This document shows, piece by piece, positions 53,312 to 64,000 of a DNA stretch of 64,000 nucleotides (the stretch's first letter is position 1; each line of letters opens with the position of its first letter). The DNA is taken from assembly GCA_051362555.1 (NCBI GenBank), contig CM120640.1, forward strand, positions 51,872,788 to 51,936,787, read 5' to 3'. Origin of the DNA: Lingula anatina. Taxonomy: Eukaryota > Animalia > Brachiopoda. The translations under genes were made by a program, and so were the position numbers. The notes under the pieces are model-generated. The model worked only from the letters and a program-made list of their open reading frames with translations. It did not search any database and was not told where the DNA came from.

Positions 53312-53535
53312 GACCCCGTTCACATGAAAAGTCTATTTTCTAAAAATCTATTTTCTATTCGCGGTATCTTGTGATCATGGTCTGTGCCCTGAATACCCCG
53401 CGGCGTAATTACTGGCAGCGCGAGCCAGTTACTTCCAAAGCTGTAATTAATTCTCGGCTGTGCTCGGAGTGATCATAAGATACCGCGAATAGAAAATAGA
53501 TTTTTAGAAAATAGACTTTTCATGTGAACGGAGTC
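53312..53535. mobile_element. PIF/Harbinger (Tourist-like) MITE, 224 bp, 66-bp TIRs, TAA TSD
   Basis: TAA|GACCCCGTTCACATGAAAAGTCTATTTTC... matches the reverse complement of the right arm over 66 bp with 2 mismatches. TAA also follows at 53536-53538. Confidence 0.9.
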
Positions 53536-54120
53536 TAAATCCTAAAAGTTATTGTTTTTTTTAAGACTTAATGAAGTGAATTCAGTCTTCTGAGACAACT
53601 ATCCTTAGCCATTTATTGGTTGAAATCTCAGTAGGCGTACTAAAGTAATTTCTAACAGGAAGCATTAACAATGAAATAAACTTTACTCTTACAAAACTAG
53701 ATTATGTGGTCATATGTTATGCATTCAAATAACCTACTCATTGTCTATAGTTACATGCATGATTTCACATAAACTTGCCTGATATATTGGACATATTGTT
53801 TGTAATGGCTTTCTTAACAAGAACAAAGCACATCATTCCCAGAAATTTTATTATTGAGTAAGATAAAAGGCTTGCTTTGTTTTTTCTCATATTAATACTG
53901 TGATATTACTACCACAAGCTGTGGACCTCCAGCAGTTGAATTGTGAAAAAACACTGGTGCTTACTATGAAGAACCTTTTTAGTGCTACTCATGGAATTAA
54001 GGCTTTGTGTACATTGTTATTAAAAAGATACATTTTAAAATGAGGTCTCTCTCTCTCTTTATCTGCACATCCATGATGCTGGGTAGCAACAGTGGGATCA
54101 AAATTTTAACATGGCATCAA

Positions 54121-54498
54121 TCTTGTGAGCACGCTTTCCGCTTAGAATATGCATCGTATTTTGCTTCATATTTATAAATTTTGGAAAATGTAACATTAAA
54201 CACACACAAAACTTATCAGGAAAGAGTACACTTTACTGCACAGAGTTGGGAAAGCACACTGCGGTCCTGAATCAGTGGTTTAACAGTGATGACACAAAAT
54301 CGTCTCTTGTGCGCATGCTTTCCGCTTAAAATATGCATCGTAATTTGATTTATATTCATAAAGTTTGGAAAATTTCAAATTAGACACATAAAATTTATCA
54401 GAGAAGAGTACAGTTAACTTCACAGAGTTGGGAAAGCAAAAATCCTGAAGTGGCTGAATCGCTGCAATCCTGAATCAGTGGTTTAACAGCGATGACAT
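54121..54498. repeat. Diverged tandem duplication, ~184-bp period, 2 copies
   Basis: Copies start tcttgtgagcacgctttccgcttag (54121) and tcttgtgcgcatgctttccgcttaa (54305). They share cacagagttgggaaagca and tcctgaatcagtggtttaacag. Confidence 0.85.
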
Positions 54499-57186
54499 GA
54501 TATTTTTTTTTGTGAATTACAGGCCACAAAGTGGGAACTGGATATAGCTAATTTAATAAGTCTCATTTAACATTCCATGTGAATGGTCATTGCGTCAACA
54601 ATGGAAAACTCCCACTATTTACACTAGGTCCCTGGGCCGAATCTGAATGGGGAAACAATGATACCTGATAGCTGTGATTTTGTGGTCGTGTGTGTCTGAA
54701 GGAATAAAACAGAATTGGGTCAAAATATTTACATGCTCAGATGACAGGATTTCCTCACTGATTGTTGTTATATTAAAAGCTGGGTGTATCCCGAAGTTGA
54801 ACGATTTGTATGGTTCACATGTATGGGAGATGATATTTTGTACTGAAGTTGAAAACAGAAATGATGGTAATGAACAACCCATCAAAGAGCAATTTCGGTT
54901 TTTCTCTAGTGTGTATGCCTTATTCTGAGATAACTAAAAAATAATGACAATACTATTCTAAGAGATTTCTTTTCCATAATGTTCAGCTGAAAAACAGACT
55001 GGTATGTCTTTCTTGGCAGAAGATACTAGGAACTGTATGACAGAGCTTTCAGATATTCAAAGTAAAAAAAAAAAAAGAGTAAAAATTTCTCCTTTTTCTC
55101 CATTTATGACCAAACAGAGAAGTTTCTTGATGTCTACACCAAGGCTTAATAAAAAGGCTTGAGTGTTAATAGCAGAATCTGAGGGGAAAATGATATTATT
55201 ATCATTGCATAACATTGTCATTAAAAATAAACAACCAGTTCTAAAATTAACTGAGCTATAATCTACTATTAATAAGTAATGCGCTCCAAGTCATAAACAG
55301 TAATTTGGTTTCCAAGATTGGAAATTCCATATGCATCGTGAACACTTATCACTATCTAAGGCATCACACACCCTCTATTTCATGTATGCATGTTGAGTTC
55401 CTAGGTCAACAATAGCAAAACTATACTTATGTGATTAACAATTGATTATCACAACAATAACAACATTTATCATACTTATAAGATGATTAAGTTATACAGA
55501 TGGCTTAGCTCATGCTGACTCAAGAGACTTGGTAATTATTTGTTCATTTTCTCCTATTCTCTCTGCAAAGTTACATGAGAACAACAGGATAAAGCAAAGT
55601 CCTGTAAACGAATCTGGAAAGGAAACTGCAATAAAGCAAACCAGGATGAAACATTTGGTACCCCATATAAAACAGCATGATACTGAAATTAAGGGAAAAA
55701 AAGATGGAGAAAGGTAGTTGAATAGAAGTGATGGATAGAGGGATAACCAAGGATGTAGAGAGAGTGAAAAAGATATCATATGTTGGAACAGGACAGCAAG
55801 ACATAATTTTCTCTAGCATTTTAGACAAAACATTTTGCACCACTTTTATATTTTCATATTCAACTTTTTCTTACAGAGACCCTTCTTATATTATGCAAAA
55901 ATGTCCCTGAAGTGTTTTTTTTTATTAAAAAAAAAAAACCCTTATCTGTATCTTTATGCCTGGTGCTTACAGCTACTCAGTCAAGTGCACTCAACCAAGA
56001 TACATAATCAAACATATATCTACCAGCCATGAACATTATAAATAGCTTAAAAATTATTATCAATAAAATATTTACTCAAAAGAAAACATAAGGCATTTTA
56101 ACAGATTAAACAATAGAGCTTTCCTAATATTAATATAAAAACATAATACTAATTATAATAACAAAGAAATTAACTTTGAGAAAATTCCACTGAACCCAAA
56201 ATTTTTTAATGTAATACACCACTGAACATTTTGAGTTTTCACCCATAAAAAGTTTCCCTACACAATACTATATGGAAGGGTCTAAGGTACCAAAATCAAA
56301 AATAAAACATCTGTATTCCAGTGAAGTGTGATTCAGCTACAAGGTTAAATGTAATCAAAGTCAGTGACACTGTCACTTATATATGTCCATGTCAATGCTG
56401 CAGTGTGCAGTTCTTTGTCTAATACAATCTACACAGTATTCACACCTTTCTACTGCAAGGCTCATTAACTGTTGGTTTCTTCACCTGATGACAACAGTCC
56501 AACAGTTGGGGAGTGACAGGATTGTGTCGTCCTCAGTTTTCACTTATAGTTGACCTAAAATGGACCAGTTTTCTGGTCCTCTTATTCTTTTCGTAATAAT
56601 AACGGCAGCTATAGAAATACATTAGGTTGAGACTTAGAGAAATCTCTTGAATATATGTCCTTACATAATAACCTACATCAATTAAATCTGTTTATAAGAA
56701 ATGGTAAAACGTAGATTATCAAACTGGGAAATACCACCTTTACACCCATTATTTCACTTCAAAATTTATAACCTAAAACATACAAAAACCTGTGCAGAGA
56801 GGTTTAATCTCTAACTTGAAAACTATTATGTTCACAACACAGTTACATAGTTACATAGAAAAATTGTAAAGTGAAATCAATAGATGTGTGGTTGCTGATC
56901 CAAAACTCATTACAGTTTGCTCTCACTGGGGGTAATTGCCAAAGATTGATTGTGCTCATTCCCTCTAGCCACTTAATATCACTTCGGCTCTTCCAATGAT
57001 GCTTTAACTACCTACTCTCCTGAGTCACTTCTAAATTACAGTGTTCTACCCCTAAGAACAACTCTGAGAGACTTTTACCAAAATATCAGCTTTCATTTAG
57101 AAATCTGTCACAGCATTTAAATCAATTTCCTGCTTTTTGGAATTTAAGTAGGCATTCTGGAATGCTACTGAAAAAGATTTGTCAAC

Positions 57187-57218
57187 AATAAAATAAATAA
57201 ATAAATACAAAAATAAAA

Positions 57219-57267
<49 letters not shown>

Positions 57268-57289
57268 AATAAAATAAAAATAAAATTAA
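57187..57289. repeat. (AAAT)n/(AAAAT)n microsatellite
   Basis: Direct reading of the sequence. Confidence 0.9.
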
Positions 57290-58231
57290 AGAAAACTTGT
57301 AGCATCAATTATCAACTCATCACGCACTTGAAAATTTCTATAACAATTGGTTTTTTGCATTTTTTCACTTTCTAGTTTTCATAGAAGGGATTCCTTTATA
57401 ATCATCTACTAGCAAACTGTTCAACTGAAGGGAATCCATCCAAATTCCAACTACGTAAACTATATTTAATGGAGATCCATGTTTAAACAAATCCTTAAAC
57501 CAAAAGTTTATTGACTTTTCTCTTTTTGAAATAAAGAAATGTTCATTCCACAATTCGATTTTATCCAACAAAATTAACTTAATAGTAGATGCTTTGAAGT
57601 GCCTACAATAACAAACCAAACAAAATTGCTTTTTTTGTTATCAAAATACACCACAATTACATTAACAGCATCATTAGTTTACATCTCTAAACCACACTCC
57701 ACAATTTATTTATCTTGTTCTTTTCCTGATATTATTGAACAATAATGAATCATGTCTCCGTCTGTGACCTATAATCATCACTGTAATCAACAAGACAATT
57801 TTGAAGATGGGGACAACCTACCGCAATTTTTCTGTCTAGAAAATTATCTTGAACATCAGTAACAAAGCTTAAAATGTTGCAGTCACCCCCAATTATCCTA
57901 ATAACAGTTTTGAGACAAACTATACCATTTTCAAATCTAAAATTTAGTAAATAATTAGAAGTGGACTTAACCTTATAAACTTCAGCGGAGAGCAGGGGGG
58001 GGGGGGGACCAGGTGATTGGATTAGATACTGTGGGTGGCCAGTGTGTAGCATTTTTATCTTATATATATATAATTACAATACTGAAGGCTGTCTGAACAG
58101 GTGCACACTCGACTGATGCTTGCTAACCTGTTGTGTAATAAAGACAGCCTTTAGACAGCTGTTAAAAATATGTGAATTCAAAACAGTCCTTTTTCTTTTC
58201 ATCTAAGTAATTTACAAATCCTTTCTTTTAC

Positions 58232-58385
58232 CTCAGGGCCCTCAGGGTTGGTGTTAAAGTCATCGACTGCATCTGCTCTGAGTTTGGGAGTTATATTGCC
58301 TTGAATTGTGTGGTATTTGTAGCCTGCTTGTTTCAGGTGGTAGGCCACAATTTCTAACACCTTGGTCCACTGAGACACTATTACG
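58232..58385 (-). CDS. TTF2: TTF2/lodestar exon: (S)VIVSQWTKVLEIVAYHLKQAGYKYHTIQGNITPKLRADAVDDFNTNPEGPE, helicase motif IV
   Basis: 154-nt exon, acceptor ctttacAG, donor GTAAAAG. Contains the KSVIVSQWT motif and is in frame with both neighbouring exons. Confidence 0.93.
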
Positions 58386-58669
58386 CTGTAAAGTTGAGAA
58401 ATGACATTATTAAGTTTCATTGTCTTTCAGCAATATGTAAACTGAGCACTGTAATGTATAGTAGCCAATAAAAAACTTCTCCAAACTAACTGATGGTGGT
58501 GAAGAGGGGATGACTTTGACATTCAAATGATATAGACAAGTTTGCCATCCTAAATACTATCTCTTTATACTATACTTTGTTTGTTAGACAATGACCAAAA
58601 ATAACCAAATATGATCCAATTATGGGGAGAAATCCCGCCCTTACACAAGCAAATTTTTTGTGGCACTAC

Positions 58670-58734
58670 CTTTTCATGGGGGTTCCTTCAGAGTCCTTGC
58701 GTATTTCTCTCAATCTCTCCATTACAGCTGCAAT
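58670..58734 (-). CDS. TTF2: TTF2/lodestar exon: IAAVMERLREIRKDSEGTPMK(S)
   Basis: 65-nt exon, acceptor attcttcAG, donor GTAGTG. It ends in phase 2 (AG|C = Ser), giving MKSVIVSQWT, and corresponds to the helix after the STK motif. Confidence 0.85.
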
Positions 58735-60989
58735 CTGAAGAATAATGGAAACAAGTATGAAGTGGCAATGTTGTGTAAACAAAGGAGAACACAGTTTTTA
58801 ATGGGTGATGGCCTTCAAATTTTTGTCACCACTGCTTCAATTAGGAATAAGCCATTGGTACGGACAATATTTATATGAATTACCAGAGGCAACCTTTTTT
58901 AGTTTTTACCACAAATCAATTTATTAAAGACTACTGGAAGCCCCTGGCCAAAAGTCTTTAATTAGGAATAAGCAGTTTTCAGCTAAATTGTTGAAATAAA
59001 TAATTAATAATGTTCAGTAATCTAAATGTTCAAAGACTAAAGAGATATGTATGTTAATAGATTGACCAAGCTAAAGTATTATTTCAACCGAGTGAAAAAT
59101 TATTTTAAAAAATTATAAAAATAAAAATGTTATGAAGCATGTGGTGATGAAGCTTTTGTTCTCAGCAGTATACTGGAAAAAAGGCATATTATCCTTAAAA
59201 TAAAAGATCCTACAAATAATCAATGTGTCTACAAACCAAGTCAACATTAAACAAGTGTCATATTTCAAGGCAAGTAGTTAAGCCATTTCCCAGAATACTA
59301 TAATGGCAAAACTAAGGTCTACCAGTTGTTGTTACAGGAAATCAAAGCAACATGGAAACAGTTTGAAGTTTATCCTGCACAAATTGAATAAAAGATGACA
59401 TTTCTGTCACTGCTAAATATAGGGTAGTTAAAAAGCACTGTTGCCTTCTACTTTTAATTAACAGAACAGAGTAAATGCAGGGTATGTAACAAAGTAATGA
59501 AAGCAGAACTATAGACACCATTCTATAATTCTGTTTTGATTGCCACTGCTGCTCCTGCTTCAGAGACATGGACAGACAATGCAGTACATTTTCATTGTGG
59601 TAATCTTTGTCATTAACTGCTGACAAGTCAAAATATTTAAAGTCTTCATTTTGATATAAAGTCACTTATACACATAATTGGTTGCTGAGCATGTTTTGCA
59701 CATAAAGTCAGCATATCTTTTCATTGAAATTCGATTACACTACAGCAAGTCTGACATTAAAGATGCATATGAAGTCAATTTTTGCCTCAAAAGCTGACCA
59801 AATGCCACTAAATAGTTTCAAACAATACAAGTATAACTCAGAAAAATACCAAAAACATTGTTTCATATTACCTAAAATATGAATTTTGAATGTATATTCT
59901 GTTTTCTTTCTGTGCTATAGACAAACAGGGCAGATAAGGTTAGATAAGTAGGTCAAATTTACAATCGAAAATTTGAAAAAGGCGCATCTCTTTTATGGCT
60001 AATCGAGTGACTAATTGGGTTTATTTCTTGGCCTATAAACTTTATTCAAGTTGAATAAGATTCTTGGCAAAGTGGTTTATATGCGTTACTGGGAATCCAC
60101 GCTCCAACTGGGTTCAAATGTACCTTTAACCATAGGCCCTTTTACACTGTGATAGTTGGTACTGGTATACTTTGAGAGGTCAAAGCATATAATTACACTA
60201 TAGGAAAGGTCTACTTCCTTTCACTAGTTCTCCACAACTTCATTTTCTACTGTTAATTAATTGACTCTGTCAACCTTAAAGCCTCCCCATAGGTGACTCT
60301 CTTACATAATAATCAGGCTATTAAGTTGTCAATTTTTTCAGAGTATACTTATAGAGAAAGGATATCAGCTGATGTGAAAAGGGCCTTCCACTATATATCA
60401 TCATGTTACACAAATCAATTTCAGTTTTGCCAGAATAAGACTTCTCAGCCAGCCAACTTCATTTTCTAATGCCTAAAGCAATGAATCCTCATTTTCTCTA
60501 AGCAGATAAGAATACAGACACTGCAACAATATCCTGCTACCCATGCATACAAATACCATCTATCAGAGAGATACTTTATGAAATATTGAATTCATCAGTT
60601 TATCTAACGGTGGCATTGCATAGATCTTTGTAAGAATACTCCCACATTGACTTAGACAACTTTCACATGAATGGTGGTAGCACAAGACAATAGATACTAA
60701 ATATTGCAACATTACTACAGAAACCCTGAAGTCATTCCATTCTGATGCCTAATCAGAAACAAAGAAGATAAGAAGTAATTGAATTGGCCTGATGTCAGTA
60801 TTAATCCCATTTTGCATAATAGCTTATTTTCAAAATGAAACTCCATTCAAAATATTGCTCTGAGTCAGCTGGGATAGGCCAACAAAATACATCAAAACAA
60901 ACCTTATCTTCCTTTCAGCAACACAATTTTTAAGTTAAATTAAAAATAATTGTAAGATTATTTCTAGGTGCATTTTAAAGAACACGTGC

Positions 60990-61992
60990 AAAAGATCAGA
61001 GAGGTGATACCGCCTCAGGGTATTGTACCACCAGCTGGAGTAAGCGCATTCGTATGGAAAAAATAAGAGAATCCACCTCCACTGTTGAACTTGACAACTT
61101 TTACAAAATGTAGTAAACAAGTTCTCAATTTTTTTTTGTAGAAAATTAAAATTTATAACATCATATGGATAAGTAAAAGGTCAAATCCAAGGTAGCAGTA
61201 AGATTATGAATATAAAACTTCTCATCCAAGTTCAATAGTAAATATAAAAGCTTGGAAAATTGCGAAGTATGGTTCCTGGTGAAAAGTAGGACAAAGGTCA
61301 AATTCAAGGTCACAGAAGAATTGCTAATATTTGACAACCCTTTCAAGTTCAATAGTAAAAATGGGTGTATCTCTATTATTTATGGAGATATAAGGGTCAG
61401 AAAAATGCAACAAACAAGAGGTCTCTAGCAATTACAGTTCCAGATTTATAGTTTTCAGTTTCAGCATCCAATGGCTGTTGCTCCAGTGATAATGCATGGA
61501 TCGACCCCAAACTCACTAAGATAAAAGATGACCCTAAGTGTAACACCCACCCATATTATTATAGGTAAGGCCTTTGTAGTTTTTGAAAATCGACACAGAT
61601 AATTTTTTTTTGCAAAAAATTCCATTTTTTAGAAAATTTTAGCTAGTTTAACATTGAAATAAAGGTCAAAGATCAACTCCAAGGGCATGACTTTCGGTCA
61701 GACATCTATAGTAATTTTTCCCATAATTCCTTTGGTTTGGGAGATATTTAACATTTAATTTTGCAAATTTTGGACAAGGGTGCATTGCGATGAGTGCCAC
61801 ACCTAGACCAGTATACCCCAAATGCCCAAAATTTACATGAATTGCGTTGGGATTATATATCTACAGCTTAGAGATGGGTACACAGGCTCTTATAGTCTAG
61901 GAGAAGAAGTGGTAACGGTGACGTGGCGACGGAGCCAGCTGACGAGATGGGTCAAACCATGTGTACCGCCAGTACTGAGCTGGTGGTACAAT
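60990..61992 (-). mobile_element. Non-autonomous Helentron/Helitron2-type (HINE) element, same family as 38287-39739
   Basis: Stem-loop GAGGTGATACCGCCTC (61001-61016), subTIR GTACCACCAGCTGG, terminal hairpin GTACCGCCAGTACTGAGCTGGTGGTAC (61963-61989). Shared internal blocks include AACAAGAGGTCTCTAGCA, TGACTTTCGGTCAGAC and AGTCTAGGAGAAGAAG. Confidence 0.75.
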
Positions 61993-64000
61993 GACTCAGA
62001 AATCGATCACCTGAAGATGAAGTGAATGAACAATTGAGTTATTCAAATATTTTCCTGCATTAAGTGGACAGGTTGTTCTTTGCATTCCTGTTTCTAAAAT
62101 TCAATACTAGTATTCAAACACTTTGAATTACTCTGATGCATTGAAAAGCATTTCAAGTGAGAGGAAACACTGCTTTACTTTGTCCAGGAAGTCATCCCAT
62201 TCACTTACATATCAAGCCTACCATCCATCAAATCCCACCATTTTCTTTTGTAATAATAAAGTTAAAATAATAATAATGATAATAGTATATAAAATTAAAG
62301 AAAAAAAAAGATTATCCTAAAATTGCTGTCCTTATAGTCTTCCCCCTTAACCAATTACCTTATAGTATGTGTCAGCAAATTCATGCAAAATTATCTTTGA
62401 ACACCAGACATTACATCAAATACAACTTATAATAGCATCTGAGTCATTTGAGCTCTCACAACTAATGGAACATAGAAAATATTTAAGTGCAATGTCTACT
62501 ATGGGGCCCTAGCAGGCAATACAAACCCTTCAAATTTCACAAAAGGACTTCCCCTTAAATGAGCACTCATCATGTCATCAGTCCAAATATCACAGAGGTA
62601 TTAGGTATATAAAAGCACAAAATGTCATTTTTCCCCAGGAAAAAAATATATCTGTGGCCCAAAATGAACAGAGCAGGAATACTATTTCTAATGTTGGAAA
62701 TTATGAAGTTGTATTCAATGACAATGTTTTTCAATCATGATTGTACCCTTTCCTTTTCCTCTTTTTTTTTTTTTTTTTTACAAAATGCATATGTATTCAC
62801 TCATCTATGCACTGTACAGTACATCATCTAACATAATTGTTGATAGCTGGAGTCAAAAGCTCTGATATGTTGTAAGCTGGAGAACTATTGCTGCCACATC
62901 AAGGCTAGGGTTACCAAAGAATCAAGTGTGTCGTGACAAAAAAATGACACTGACTGGGGATAGGTAAAAGCACATGTAATTTTTACCCCATTTTTCAAAA
63001 CTGGCATAAAAAAAAAAAAAGAAAAAAGGTCAAACGTGTTCTTTGCCATAAAAATCTACTAAAATGAGGTCTTATGTCTCTTCTGAAAGATCCCTCTAAT
63101 AAAATTTTACTACAACTGCAGCTGTAAAACTTTTGTCTAATATATGAAAATGATGATAAATGGTTATACATCTCACAAACTTCTTTTCATGGCACATTAG
63201 GTTGATCACATAGTATGTCAATAGCTATAGTTATATGCATTGCAAATAACATGGTTACTGGCGTCTTTATGAGCTGCTTCTGTCCAAATGGGAAACAATT
63301 GTATCAACTGAACTGCTAATGTTTGAAGAAATGATAAATGATGGCATGTGAATCAGATTTTTTCTGATTATGAAATCAATACATGTGCATTCTTGTTCAA
63401 TTTTGCATCCACTACTACTCCGAATTCAATCTAAGCTCAAATGAGATATCCAATATCATACAGATATTTCCGTTTCCCATTGCCTATTTTTATGAGCAAT
63501 TCCTTTTCACAATTTTTCATTGAAAATGTGCAAAAAACAAAATGTATAAAGGTAATAATACAGTGATGGATAGTTGAAAGTCAAGATCAGGTAAATTCCT
63601 TTACCATTGTTTTGTATTGAAAATAAGGCTGCAGATGTGTTACTACAATTGAAAATGTTGACAAACTGACTTACTTAATCATATGTTTACTGTCATTTAC
63701 TAAATTGCAGAGGTTTTGCGACCCATAAATCCTCTTTATCCAACAACAACTGATTAAATTGCTGATAAAAATTACAGTGTACTTTATATGGGATTTTTAC
63801 CATCGTGCACAAAGCACATCTATAGCAAAATTTTATGTCTCAGAATCATCCTAAGGCTCCTAAATAATAATCCCGTCTTTGAATTCTTCAGCTCAAATCA
63901 CTGCCGTTTGCTTTTCTCATTGCCAGGACATCCATTGCTTTTTAGAGACAATAATAAATGTGCAAATAATAATAAAAATGAACGTAGTTTTTAAGAAACT

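Noticed and set aside
63841-63945. Slightly GC-richer stretch considered as an upstream TTF2 exon
   Set aside because: The frames I read contain stops or lack the expected ...STK phase-0 end and donor. The upstream exon probably lies beyond 64000.

Overview
AT-rich, CpG-depleted animal genomic DNA. The repeat content suggests an invertebrate, probably a lophotrochozoan (inference only). Four short minus-strand exons (58670-58734, 58232-58385, 53035-53117, 52556-52630) have GT-AG boundaries and splice in frame into the C-terminal helicase region of TTF2/lodestar (SNF2 family). I could not find the expected terminal TTF2 exon between 52555 and 1, so the left ~52.5 kb appears to be one very large intron. 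It holds two divergently oriented, intronless, paralogous class A GPCR genes (13294-14490 minus, 34962-36014 plus) with melanocortin/MECA-like hallmarks and a non-canonical NQY in place of DRY. The non-coding DNA carries many non-autonomous transposons. These are three PIF/Harbinger-type MITEs, an IS3EU-like element with ~0.4 kb TIRs and a nested 9-bp-TSD foldback element, a Kolobok-like MITE, a TA-flanked Tc1/pogo-like element, Helentron-type (HINE) copies, RTE LINE scraps and a tRNA-SINE fragment. All calls were made by eye; no database searches were run.
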